From assembly GCA_945870885.1 (NCBI GenBank), contig CAMBTR010000003.1:1-40526 (forward strand): a DNA stretch of 40,526 nt, read 5' to 3'. The translations under genes and the position numbers were made by a program. The stretch is from Chryseobacterium gleum. GTDB taxonomy: Bacteria; Bacteroidota; Bacteroidia; NS11-12g; UBA955. This document shows positions 26,894 through 36,724 of this stretch, one piece after another. The stretch's first letter is position 1, and each line of letters begins with the position of its first letter. The notes below the pieces were generated by a model, which was not told the DNA's origin, searched no databases, and worked only from the letters and a program-made list of their open reading frames with translations.

Positions 26894-28003
26894 TTAATGA
26901 CCTCCCAACGAATTGGCTTGCAATTTTTGCAACAATAATTTTATTTCTTGGGCCGAATAACCCTTCATGCAACGAAAATGGCCCTGCGGACAGGCATCAA
27001 AACCCAACTTTGAACAGGGATGACAGGACAAATCCTTAGGCAGAAGATGTAATACGTTTTTATTTTTGTATCCCGCAGCAAATCCCAACCCAGGATCAGT
27101 GCTTCCCCAAATTACGAGCAATGGTTTATTATATTTGGCCGCAACATGACTAAAACCTGTATCGCCACCTATCACAAAATCACTCAAAGCAATGCATCGT
27201 GAAGATGTTTCCAAATCAAAAAGGCCCACCCCATCAAATAATCGATTACCAAACTCCGCAACCAACTCCACCGCCAACTCATTTTCGTTGGCACCACCAA
27301 TTAAATACCAGTTATTATTGTCCTGACTAAAAATATCCTGCCACACCGATTTCGTTATCTTCTTGGTTTCATAGGTGCCACCTAGAATTGCAACGCCATA
27401 ACTACCATGGAAATTCGCTTCACCAAAGGTTGAAATATCACCCGGAACAACCCTCTGAGAATCTTCTGAAAATCCGGAATATACAGGAAGTCCAACCGAC
27501 CAATCCCTGATTTCAATTTCCCCGTAACCAAGACGTTTCATTAACTGATTGGCCGCATCCAAATAGCGCTCTTGCACGTGAGATACTTTAAATTGAGGCG
27601 ATTTGGTTTTCACATAAAGCCATCGAGTAAAACGCTTCTTTTCATAGCCTTGCACTTTTAACATTTTCGATCCTCCAGACGCAAAGGAACCTCGAATCAA
27701 TAATGGAATGCCATTTAAAAAGGAAGCCAAAAACAACACCAACCGTACACCATACGATCGCAAATTGCAATGCAAATCCAATATCCCGTCATATTTTTCC
27801 GCTTTCAGCTTATCGAACAAACTTGGATCTCCCCATGTAAAAAACTGGTCCGCCGCCTCGCCACCGTGTAACAAGTCACCCATCTTGGGCTTGGTATGCA
27901 AATGGACTTCCACCCCTCGCTGCTTCCGCAATGCATACAAAATTGGCGCGGTAAGAACCACATCGCCCAAGCTGCTCAAACGGATGACTAAAATTTTCTT
28001 CAT
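26894..28003 (-). CDS. Glycosyltransferase family 9 (heptosyltransferase-like)
   Basis: KILVIRLSSLGDVVL, YDGILDLH, DTGFSHVA, WGST and C-terminal CHPCSKLG..CPQGHFRCM. Confidence 0.9.
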   Translation of the reverse strand: MKKILVIRLSSLGDVVLTAPILYALRKQRGVEVHLHTKPKMGDLLHGGEAADQFFTWGDPSLFDKLKAEKYDGILDLHCNLRSYGVRLVLFLASFLNGIPLLIRGSFASGGSKMLKVQGYEKKRFTRWLYVKTKSPQFKVSHVQERYLDAANQLMKRLGYGEIEIRDWSVGLPVYSGFSEDSQRVVPGDISTFGEANFHGSYGVAILGGTYETKKITKSVWQDIFSQDNNNWYLIGGANENELAVELVAEFGNRLFDGVGLFDLETSSRCIALSDFVIGGDTGFSHVAAKYNKPLLVIWGSTDPGLGFAAGYKNKNVLHLLPKDLSCHPCSKLGFDACPQGHFRCMKGYSAQEIKLLLQKLQANSLGGH

Positions 28004-28019
28004 GATGCGATGCGTTCGA

Positions 28020-29771
28020 TTAACGGCTTACCTTTTTCCGCTTTGCAAGATACGCTTCAAATTCAACCAAATTCAATGCGTTCAGCGTCTGCGAAGTTTG
28101 CAATCCGCCTTTTTGTCCGCTCAAAACCCCAAAATGCATATCCAAATACCCCCTTTTCTCATGGGCATCGGGGTTTACAGAAACCATAACGCCCTTCTCC
28201 ATCGCATAGTCGATGTATCGCCAATCTATATCTAAACGATACGGATGCGCATTCAACTCCAAAGCCACCCCATTCGCAGCACAAGCATCAATCACCTTGT
28301 GATGATCAATTGGATAACCTTCTCGCATCAGCAACAATCGCCCCGTAGGATGCCCCAATATCGTAGTATATGGATTTTCGATGGCGCGCAGCAAACGGTC
28401 CATCGACTTGTCTAGTGTCATATTGAGGTTGCTATGCACGGATGCCACCACCAAATCAAACTGACGTAAAATCTCGGGTTCATAATCCAAATCGCCATTG
28501 CCTAAAATATCACTTTCAATTCCCTTAAAAATCTTGAATGGACAAAGCTGTTGATTCAATGTATCAATCTCTTCAAATTGCTGCAACACCCGCTCCACCT
28601 GCAATCCACGAGCATATCCCGCTGTTTTGGAGTGGTCACAAATACCCAAATACTCCATTCCGATTTCCATGGCAAATAGCGCCATTTCCTCCACCGAATT
28701 GAGTCCATCCGAATAAGTTGTATGGTTGTGCAACACCCCTTTGATGTCGGCATATTTTAACAACGATGCTTCTTCTACCGGTCTTTCCATTTCACGATGT
28801 CCTTCGCGGCGACTCGGCACCACAAAACCAACCCCCTTAGAAGCATAAGTTTCGCGGTCGTTTCCTTTCCAATCTGAAGAAGTATACTCCAACAACTCAA
28901 GGTGCCTGGCCGCCGCGCCGCGCTCAAACAACATCCGATCAAAATCCGAGTGCATCACGACCTCAATTTCCATCACAAACCCTTGTTCGTGCCTCAGAAC
29001 ACCGGCCTCTTCATCCATCGTCCATCCTTCAAAAGGGTCAATTCGAGTTTGATTACCAACGGGAACTGAATCTAAATCGCTAGCAAATTCGACGCTATTG
29101 CCGCCGCCTGCGGCGGCGACCTCCTCCCACTCCGCTGAAGAAATCCCACTCATTTCCATCGCCGTGGTCAGCAGCACCAACCGTTCTATCACATCACTTT
29201 TGCGATAATAATCGCCCGTAAATTCATGTCGCTCATCGCCAAAAACCAATCTCATCCCCGCCAAAAACGACTCCGCATAGGGCATCACTCGGGCCAAATG
29301 GAATTTCCCTCGCGCGCCGTATGAAAACTCAATGGCAGCCATAATCGTTTGTTGCGTTTTGTAGCCAAAACCACTGACTTCCACCAAGCGATTCTGCCTG
29401 CATGCATCAAACAAATCCTCCACCGTATCAATCCCCAATTCCTGCCAAATCAGCCTCACTTTTTTTGGTCCGAGCCCCTTAACCCCCAACATCGCAATCA
29501 GCCCGTTGGGCGTAACTGCCAACAAATCCTCCAACGCCGGAAATCTCCTCGAAACACTATACTCTACAATCGCTTTGGCCACCGACTTCCCCACCCCCGG
29601 AATCAATAACAATTGCGATTCTTGCAAATCTGAAAGTGGCTCTTTGATTTTTCGCAAATTGAAAGCACCCGAAGCAAAGGCCTTATACTTAAAAGGATTC
29701 TCTTCATGCAATTCAGCCAAACTCGCATACAACTGCAAGGCTTTTACGATTTCATGATTATCCACCGACAT
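28020..29771 (-). CDS. polX: PolX-PHP family protein (HhH + degenerate polymerase + PHP domain)
   Basis: ENPFK, IPGVGK and VKGLGPKK. PHP ligands in HNHTTYSDG, CDHS, GIESD, ASVHS, GHPTGRL and NPDAH. Confidence 0.9.
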   Translation of the reverse strand: MSVDNHEIVKALQLYASLAELHEENPFKYKAFASGAFNLRKIKEPLSDLQESQLLLIPGVGKSVAKAIVEYSVSRRFPALEDLLAVTPNGLIAMLGVKGLGPKKVRLIWQELGIDTVEDLFDACRQNRLVEVSGFGYKTQQTIMAAIEFSYGARGKFHLARVMPYAESFLAGMRLVFGDERHEFTGDYYRKSDVIERLVLLTTAMEMSGISSAEWEEVAAAGGGNSVEFASDLDSVPVGNQTRIDPFEGWTMDEEAGVLRHEQGFVMEIEVVMHSDFDRMLFERGAAARHLELLEYTSSDWKGNDRETYASKGVGFVVPSRREGHREMERPVEEASLLKYADIKGVLHNHTTYSDGLNSVEEMALFAMEIGMEYLGICDHSKTAGYARGLQVERVLQQFEEIDTLNQQLCPFKIFKGIESDILGNGDLDYEPEILRQFDLVVASVHSNLNMTLDKSMDRLLRAIENPYTTILGHPTGRLLLMREGYPIDHHKVIDACAANGVALELNAHPYRLDIDWRYIDYAMEKGVMVSVNPDAHEKRGYLDMHFGVLSGQKGGLQTSQTLNALNLVEFEAYLAKRKKVSR

Positions 29772-29797
29772 ATATTCTCAAATCAACCCAAAAGATA

Positions 29798-30937
29798 TCA
29801 AACCCCCAAATCCTTTTCAATCACTTGAATCACCTCATCGGCAACCCAAGAACTCAACGCAACACCCATACCGCCCATTCTCACCGCCAAACAAACCCTA
29901 TCACTATGCCATCCGATGATTGGATTCCTATTCTCATTCATCCCCATCACCCCAGACCATTCATAGTCAAACTCAACCGCGCGGCCCGGCAATACCACCG
30001 ATTCCAAATACGATTTTAAATACTCCCTAAATTGATGCGTAACCTCCATCTCCATCGTCTCCTCCCCCACAAAATCCAAATTCCGACCTCCGCCAATCAA
30101 TACCCGATCACCCCCCAATTCCCTAAAATAAATATATCCTTTGTCGGCATGAAAAATCCCCTCAAATGGCAACTTTCCCATCGATTTCGTCACAAAAACC
30201 TGACCTCTCGCCGGCGAAACGGCCAAATCAGGAATCAATCGCTTGCTAAAACCATTGGTACAAATCAACAACCTCGAACACTCCACCACCAACCCACTAG
30301 CCAACTGCAACCTCACAAAATCCGAACTTTCCTCCCAATCCAAAACACGCATCCCCTCATAAATTTCAACCCCGGCCTGCAAAGCATCTTCCCTCACCGC
30401 CTTATATAACAAATGACTCTGAAGTCCGCCCTCCAAAGGTGATAAAACACCCTCCTTCATCACGTTCATTCCCGCGGAAATGGTATCGCACAACTCAAAT
30501 GATTCTTTGCCATGAACCGGACGCAACATCGCATTCAAACCATTCAAATGATCAAAAACCCGAACTGCCTCCTCGGAATCGCTAGCAGAAAAAACCTCCG
30601 TCCCGCCAGTTGCCTGGAAACCAATCCTTGCAGCACCGTATCGACCCAACAATTTCTGAATCCCTAAATACCGCTTTTCATACAATCCAACCGCCTCCAA
30701 CTCGCTCGTCCGTGCGATTTCGTCCAGCATCTCCCCTGCACTGCCAAAACAAGCAAAACCGGCATTGCGCAAACTCGCCGCGTTACCCAAAGCATGTTCG
30801 TCCAACACCACAACCCTAGCAGCAGGAAAAGTTTCCTTAATCCGACGTGCACTTTGCAGCCCAACCAAACCCGCACCAATTATCACCCAATCAGCCTTGC
30901 CAAAGCCCTGTTGCTCCCAATAGCTGATTGTGTTCAT
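29798..30937 (-). CDS. FAD-dependent oxidoreductase (DAO family)
   Basis: SYWE, IIGAGLVG, ASLRNAGFACFGS, PARGQV, WSGVMG and GGMGVA. Confidence 0.88.
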   Translation of the reverse strand: MNTISYWEQQGFGKADWVIIGAGLVGLQSARRIKETFPAARVVVLDEHALGNAASLRNAGFACFGSAGEMLDEIARTSELEAVGLYEKRYLGIQKLLGRYGAARIGFQATGGTEVFSASDSEEAVRVFDHLNGLNAMLRPVHGKESFELCDTISAGMNVMKEGVLSPLEGGLQSHLLYKAVREDALQAGVEIYEGMRVLDWEESSDFVRLQLASGLVVECSRLLICTNGFSKRLIPDLAVSPARGQVFVTKSMGKLPFEGIFHADKGYIYFRELGGDRVLIGGGRNLDFVGEETMEMEVTHQFREYLKSYLESVVLPGRAVEFDYEWSGVMGMNENRNPIIGWHSDRVCLAVRMGGMGVALSSWVADEVIQVIEKDLGV

Positions 30938-30949
30938 CGCAGCGCTACA

Positions 30950-33175
30950 TTAATTCAAATACGAAGCAATCACCTCATGATAAGGCGTTGCAAAAGTCTC
31001 CATCTCACCCCAATTCTCGCCGTTCACACCAATCACCTTATCCGCCAAAACCGTCCCTACATGCGTAGCAACTACCCCAGCTTCCGAAGCCAATTTCATC
31101 AAACGACCCAAACCATCCTGCGACACAGAAACCACAACCCTACTCTGACTTTCGCCAAATAATCCCGCATCCAAACGCAATCCATTTTCCGTACAAATGT
31201 CAAAACCTTTGCCTCCAGCCATCGCACTTTCCATGCAAGCCACAAACAAACCGCCTTCGCTGATGTCGTGCGCCGATGCAACCACTTGCTCCTTCGACAA
31301 AGTCTCCAACAACAAATGCAATGCGAATTCTTCGTCCAAATCAAAAGACGGACAAGGACTATGACTCACGCCTTTTACCTTGGCGATATACTGCGAACTG
31401 CCCAAATCGTTGCGGGTTGAACCCAACAAAACAATCGCATCGCCAGCCGCTCCAAAAGGAATGCTCATTCGATGTTCTGGCTGTTCGATGATTCCCACCA
31501 TACCAATCGTTGGCGTTGGATACACCGCTTGACCGTTCGTGCTCTGATTATAAAAACTCACGTTTCCGCCTGTTACCGGCGTATCAAATTTCCGACAAGC
31601 CTCACTCATCCCTTCGATGGCGTTTTTAAATTGATAATAAACCTCCTCGTTGTAAGGATTTCCGAAATTCAAACAGTTGGTAATCGCCGTTGGCACACCT
31701 CCAGTGCATCGAATATTCCGAGCAGCCTCAGCCACCGCAATCTGCGTCCCCTTATTGGGATCAGCAAATACATATCTACTATTGCAATCCACCGTAAGAG
31801 CCAAACTCTTCTCTGAGCCAACGATTTTCACAACCGCTGCATCCGATGGCAAATTGGTCGATTCGTTAATCGTCCCAACCATAGAATCATACTGCTCATA
31901 AATCCAACGCTTACTGGCGATATTGGGCTCATTACACAATTTAATGGCCGCATCTTTTGCTTCTGTTAAACTCAAATCCGCAACCGAATTCAAATCAAAC
32001 TTGGCAATTTCTTTCATATATTCAGGCTCAGTCCATGTACGACGATACACCGGAGCACCACCACCCAAGACCAATGATTCCGCAGGGATATCCGCCTCAA
32101 GCACATCGCCCATGAAATAACGGACATGCTTGGTATCTGTCACCATCCCAATGTGCGAATAGGTCAAATCCCACTTCTCCAACACCTTTTCTACTTCTTT
32201 TTCTCTCCCCTTTTCGATAATCACCAGCATGCGCTCTTGGCTTTCACTCAATAGCAACTCCCAACCTTTCATGTCGGGCTGACGCATAGGCACTTTATCC
32301 AACCAAACATCCATCCCCACATCGGTTTTCGCACTCATTTCACTGGTAGAGCAAGTAATTCCCGCCGCTCCCATATCCTGCATTCCAACTACAGCGCCCG
32401 TTTCGATAATCTCCATGCTCGCCTCCAAAATCAACTTCTCCCAGAAAGGATCACCCACTTGCACCGATGGCAAATCAGAAATACTATCTTCACTCATATC
32501 TTTCGATGCGAATGCGGCACCATGAATTCCGTCTTTACCCGTAGCAGAACCAAAGATATAAACTGGATTTCCCGCAGGACCTGCACCCGCTGAAATACTC
32601 TTCCCAACACCTACGATACCAACACTCATGGCATTTACCAAGTTGTTTTGCTCGTAACAATCATCAAAATAGACCTCACCACCCACGGTTGGAATCCCAA
32701 AAGCATTGCCATAATCACCGATGCCTTTTACCACACCTTTCACCAACCACTGCGTACGAGCTGTCGCGATGTTTCCAAAACGCAAAGAATTTAGCTGCGC
32801 GATAGGCCTTGCACCCATCGAGAAAATATCTCTATTGATACCACCCACACCGGTTGCCGCCCCTTGATAAGGCTCAATTGCACTGGGGTGATTGTGACTT
32901 TCTATTTTAAAACAACAGGCCAAGCCATCGCCAATATCTACTAAGCCCGCGTTTTCCTCACCCGCCTCGGCCAACATTTTAGAACCCGATTTGGGCAATG
33001 TCTTTAACCAAACGATAGAGTTTTTGTAACTGCAATGCTCGCTCCACATAACAGAGTATATGGAGATTTCCGTAAAATTGGGATGACGACCAAGGATGTC
33101 GCAAATCTTGTTGAATTCTTCTTCCAACAAACCCAATTGTTTGGCTTGTTCTAGTGTAGCGGGTTGATGTACCAT
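30950..33175 (-). CDS. purL: Phosphoribosylformylglycinamidine synthase subunit PurL (small form)
   Basis: MWSEHCSYK, KIESHNHPS, QDMGAAG, LSESQERM, NCLNFGNP and GGNVSFYN; no fused glutaminase domain. Confidence 0.97.
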   Translation of the reverse strand: MVHQPATLEQAKQLGLLEEEFNKICDILGRHPNFTEISIYSVMWSEHCSYKNSIVWLKTLPKSGSKMLAEAGEENAGLVDIGDGLACCFKIESHNHPSAIEPYQGAATGVGGINRDIFSMGARPIAQLNSLRFGNIATARTQWLVKGVVKGIGDYGNAFGIPTVGGEVYFDDCYEQNNLVNAMSVGIVGVGKSISAGAGPAGNPVYIFGSATGKDGIHGAAFASKDMSEDSISDLPSVQVGDPFWEKLILEASMEIIETGAVVGMQDMGAAGITCSTSEMSAKTDVGMDVWLDKVPMRQPDMKGWELLLSESQERMLVIIEKGREKEVEKVLEKWDLTYSHIGMVTDTKHVRYFMGDVLEADIPAESLVLGGGAPVYRRTWTEPEYMKEIAKFDLNSVADLSLTEAKDAAIKLCNEPNIASKRWIYEQYDSMVGTINESTNLPSDAAVVKIVGSEKSLALTVDCNSRYVFADPNKGTQIAVAEAARNIRCTGGVPTAITNCLNFGNPYNEEVYYQFKNAIEGMSEACRKFDTPVTGGNVSFYNQSTNGQAVYPTPTIGMVGIIEQPEHRMSIPFGAAGDAIVLLGSTRNDLGSSQYIAKVKGVSHSPCPSFDLDEEFALHLLLETLSKEQVVASAHDISEGGLFVACMESAMAGGKGFDICTENGLRLDAGLFGESQSRVVVSVSQDGLGRLMKLASEAGVVATHVGTVLADKVIGVNGENWGEMETFATPYHEVIASYLN

Positions 33176-33181
33176 GCGCTA

Positions 33182-33189
33182 CAAAATTA
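33182..33189 (-). promoter_or_regulatory. -7 box TAATTTTG of purL
   Basis: Exact TAnnTTTG, 6 nt upstream of the ATG. Confidence 0.6.
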
Positions 33190-33251
33190 CAACACCGCAA
33201 GCGGAGGATGAAATTACTTTTAGATTGTTTTAACCACTACTTACCCACTTT

Positions 33252-35378
33252 CTAGCGCATCAACATGATGGTACCAGAAATGGTTTTGCGACGAACGCGA
33301 TCACCGGTTTTTAATTCATACCGATATATGTATGTATAGAGACCTTCCTGACAAATATCATTCATGTAATAGCCGTCCCATTCATACACATTCTTTTCAT
33401 GGCTATCGAAGACTTTATCACCCCAACGATTGTAAACTAAAAACAAGATTGGAATTGCACCACGACCGAATATCTTGAAGCTCTCATTGCGATTGTCGCC
33501 GTTTGGAGTAAATGCTGTAGGGATAATTAAATCACAATCCCCCATCATCAAATTCACAGTCACATCATCTGTTGCACTTCCGCATGCATTTGTTAAAGTG
33601 CAAGAATATGTACCTGCCGAACTTACATAAATAACAGTATCACTTGAACCTGTACTCCATTTAATCGTAGTATTTGGCAAGAACGGAGCGACCAATTTCA
33701 CCATTGAACCATTGCACAAAACAGTATCCATCGGCAATGAAATTGATGGTGAAACATTAACTTTGATGTTGATTGAGTCTGAAGCCTTACATCCCGCATT
33801 ATCGACTACGGCTCCATAAGTACCTGGCAATGAAACGGTCTTAATATTTGCCGTAGATCCATCATTCCACAGAACTGTACCCGGAATCGAAACAGTAATA
33901 TCAGTACTTGCCCCATCACAAAGGGTAGTGTCCTTACCCAAATTCAAAATTGGCTTGGGCGTAATAGTAATGTCTGCAGATGAGGAATCAGGACAATTCT
34001 GGTCTTGAACCACGTATTTAATCGTCACCTTCCCCGTTTTGGTCGGATAGAAGCTGTTCCCCGTAAATGTCTCTCCCCTGAAAATACCTCCCGTTGTTTT
34101 TGGACTCAGCATAATGGCCGGACCACCTTGACATGCCGTTGCCGGCAAACCGGTAAATACTGGATCTACATTGGGTTTCACTTTAACGATAATTGTATCT
34201 TTTCCAGTACAGCCATCTACACTCGTGGCTTCGTGGATAATTGGATAATCTCCAATCGATGGAAACGATTTAGACACTGTTTTGGTAACTGCCGTTGAAC
34301 CACCGCCCAAATCCCATTTGAAACTTACCAATCCTGGAAACTTGTTATCAAAATCAAATATATTACCGGCCAAACACTGAATAGAATCATTCACCCAAAC
34401 GCCGGATGAAGGACTCGCAACTACCTTTACCCACATATTTGCAGTGTCTGTACAACCAGTCTGTTTGTTATCGTAAAGCGTTTCACTTTTGTAATGAATG
34501 CGATACCTACCCGGCGCCAAATAAGATTTCGTTGGATTAGGAATCGTAGCGCTGTCTTGGTCGTTGAAAAACCACGTCCTGATGTATGCGCACTTTGGAA
34601 TTTTCGCCAACTGAGTATTGTCATCAAAACGAAAAACGTGTCCGTCAAAACACTGAACTGTATCATTCGCCTTCTCAAACGGCTTACTCACCGGCCGAGG
34701 AACAATAAAAATTGCCTTAGGAGTAGTGGCGATATCTACACAATTCAATGCAGGAGAAGCAACCAAATTGACAGTAAAATTACCGCCTTTAACATATGTG
34801 TGTGTTGCATTCAACCCAGTATCCTGAGAACCATCGCCGTAAATCCATGTGTATTTAACCCAACCAAAATTGGCTGATTTGGTAGACGTATTGGTAAAGG
34901 TAATTTTATTCGATTTCTCACAACTGTCATTTGTTCCTTTGTGAGTAAATGCAACAGTTAACTTGTGTGTGGTGAAACTAACAGTAGCCGTTTTTGATGT
35001 CAAATAATCTGGACCCGTACCGTCATGCTCAAAAACAGTGACGTGATAAGTAGTATTTACTTTAAGATTTGTAACAATTACGCTGTTCGTGATATTATTG
35101 AAAACAGCAAAATTCCCAGTACCCAACTGCCCACCACTTCCAAAACTTGCATTTGCCGAATATGAACTACCGTCTGCAGGTGTAGCATCAACTGCTGCCG
35201 CCTCTTTTACTAATACCAAACGCCATGCTCCATTTCCGCTCGTCCAAGTAAGCTGCGCCGAGTTACACGTAATGGTTCCGGGCTTTAAGTTAGTAGCCGC
35301 TTGCGTAGGTTCAGCCGCCTTCAATTGAATTGAAAGGGAGAATATAACGCAGAGAATCAAAAGTACTTTTTTTACCAT
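33252..35378 (-). CDS. T9SS type-B cargo (gliding motility-associated C-terminal domain) with FN3-like and PKD-like repeats
   Basis: Signal peptide, LTWTSGNG...TNLKVNTTYHV, WIYGDG...HTY, LGKDTTLC repeats, and CTD IPTAFTPNGDNRNE...YNRWG...WDG...LMR. Confidence 0.88.
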   Translation of the reverse strand: MVKKVLLILCVIFSLSIQLKAAEPTQAATNLKPGTITCNSAQLTWTSGNGAWRLVLVKEAAAVDATPADGSSYSANASFGSGGQLGTGNFAVFNNITNSVIVTNLKVNTTYHVTVFEHDGTGPDYLTSKTATVSFTTHKLTVAFTHKGTNDSCEKSNKITFTNTSTKSANFGWVKYTWIYGDGSQDTGLNATHTYVKGGNFTVNLVASPALNCVDIATTPKAIFIVPRPVSKPFEKANDTVQCFDGHVFRFDDNTQLAKIPKCAYIRTWFFNDQDSATIPNPTKSYLAPGRYRIHYKSETLYDNKQTGCTDTANMWVKVVASPSSGVWVNDSIQCLAGNIFDFDNKFPGLVSFKWDLGGGSTAVTKTVSKSFPSIGDYPIIHEATSVDGCTGKDTIIVKVKPNVDPVFTGLPATACQGGPAIMLSPKTTGGIFRGETFTGNSFYPTKTGKVTIKYVVQDQNCPDSSSADITITPKPILNLGKDTTLCDGASTDITVSIPGTVLWNDGSTANIKTVSLPGTYGAVVDNAGCKASDSINIKVNVSPSISLPMDTVLCNGSMVKLVAPFLPNTTIKWSTGSSDTVIYVSSAGTYSCTLTNACGSATDDVTVNLMMGDCDLIIPTAFTPNGDNRNESFKIFGRGAIPILFLVYNRWGDKVFDSHEKNVYEWDGYYMNDICQEGLYTYIYRYELKTGDRVRRKTISGTIMLMR

Positions 35379-35394
35379 TATTGCAATTCTTCGT

Positions 35395-35435
35395 CAAAAA
35401 TACAATGTAAAGACATTGTAAACAAAGTTTTTGTT
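35395..35435 (-). promoter_or_regulatory. -7 box TATTTTTG overlapped by inverted repeats
   Basis: caaaaata at 35395-35402; tacaatgt-aaag-acattgta at 35401-35420; aacaaa-gtt-tttgtt at 35421-35435. Confidence 0.5.
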
Positions 35436-35601
35436 GTCTGAGGCGTTGAATAATAGGCCTGAAAGTTGATTCTAAACATCTATTTCATTGTTGAATGAAA
35501 AACCACTTTCGTCAGGTGTCTAAATATCCACGCATGCGGATAACTTTCAACATCAAAATCATGCAGATTTTCGCATCTTCGCACCATATCGCGCCCATCA
35601 T

Positions 35602-36474
35602 ATGTCGAATAAACGAAGAAAACCCAGCGCTTGGCCAAGCATCATTTCACTGTCTTCTGTGATGTTCATGCTAGGGCTGTTGGGATTTTCCATCGTAGGC
35701 TTTCAAGGATTAAGTCAGCATTTGATGGAAAGCAGCAGTATCGACCTCTATTTCGTTGATGGTAGCACCGAGGCACAAGTACGAAAAATCGAGCAATCCC
35801 TATTGCAGGAACCTTGGATAAAAACCACCAAATTCATTAGTCCCAAAGATGGAGTAAAGGAGATGAGTGAAAAATACGACCCCGAATTTCTGTCCTATGC
35901 AGAGTCAATCGCGTTGCCTTTAAGTTTAGAAATTTACCCAAAGTCGGATTATGCCAATATTCAGTTTATCGATCGCGAATCAAAACATTTGCGAACGTTT
36001 CCATTGGTTGAGGATGTTATTTACCAGCGGAATTGGGTAGAAAGTATGACAATGAATGTGCATCGCTTACAAATCGGTTTTGCGGCAGCCGCCATAATTT
36101 CATTGATTGTTGCGATTGCATTGATTCAAAGTGCGACGCGGTTAAGCATATTCGCAAATCGATTTTTAATCAAGAGCATGCAGTTGGTTGGGGCAACAAA
36201 TAAATTTATTGTTAGGCCCTATGTGATGGCTTTCGTTCGACATTCATTGATTGCCATGCCCATTGCGATGGGATTATTATTGATTATTTTTTACGGTTTA
36301 CCCTATATTTTTCAAGACTTTGCCATCATCAACGACTTCACGAAACACATTGGAGTTATGGCGTTGTTTGTAATTTGTATTTCTGTGTCGATATTTGGAC
36401 TGATTTTGGCCGTTTTTGGCAGTTGGTTGAGTACCCGTCGTTATCTTCGCACCAAGATCGAAAATTTATATTAA
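35602..36474 (+). CDS. ftsX: Cell division permease-like protein FtsX
   Basis: Four-TM layout, RLSIFANRFLIKSMQLVGAT..FIVRPY and an RRYLR..ENLY end. Conserved order ftsX-DUF3098-uppP. Confidence 0.9.
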   Translation: MSNKRRKPSAWPSIISLSSVMFMLGLLGFSIVGFQGLSQHLMESSSIDLYFVDGSTEAQVRKIEQSLLQEPWIKTTKFISPKDGVKEMSEKYDPEFLSYAESIALPLSLEIYPKSDYANIQFIDRESKHLRTFPLVEDVIYQRNWVESMTMNVHRLQIGFAAAAIISLIVAIALIQSATRLSIFANRFLIKSMQLVGATNKFIVRPYVMAFVRHSLIAMPIAMGLLLIIFYGLPYIFQDFAIINDFTKHIGVMALFVICISVSIFGLILAVFGSWLSTRRYLRTKIENLY

Positions 36475-36478
36475 AACC

Positions 36479-36721
36479 ATGAGTTCAATCAAAAAGCCCG
36501 CCGCAAAAGCTGAAAGCAAGCCACAACAACCGATGTTGTTTGCCAAAGAAAACTACATACTAATCATCGCCTCATTGGTGATTCTTGTCATTGGATTCAT
36601 GTTGATGTCGGGCACAACCGATATTTACAACAGCACAAAGCTCACTGTAGCGCCCATCGTAGTCATTTTGGGCTTCATTTTGGGCATCGTTGCTATTTTT
36701 TACCGCAAGAAAACAGCATAA
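36479..36721 (+). CDS. DUF3098 family small membrane protein
   Basis: LFAKENY...IGFMLMSG...LTVAPIVVILGF; lies between ftsX and uppP. Confidence 0.85.
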   Translation: MSSIKKPAAKAESKPQQPMLFAKENYILIIASLVILVIGFMLMSGTTDIYNSTKLTVAPIVVILGFILGIVAIFYRKKTA

Positions 36722-36724
36722 TCC

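Noticed and set aside
27708-28235. 175-aa + strand ORF and other antisense or alternate-frame ORFs in the track
   Set aside because: They are shadows of well-supported genes and have no protein motifs.
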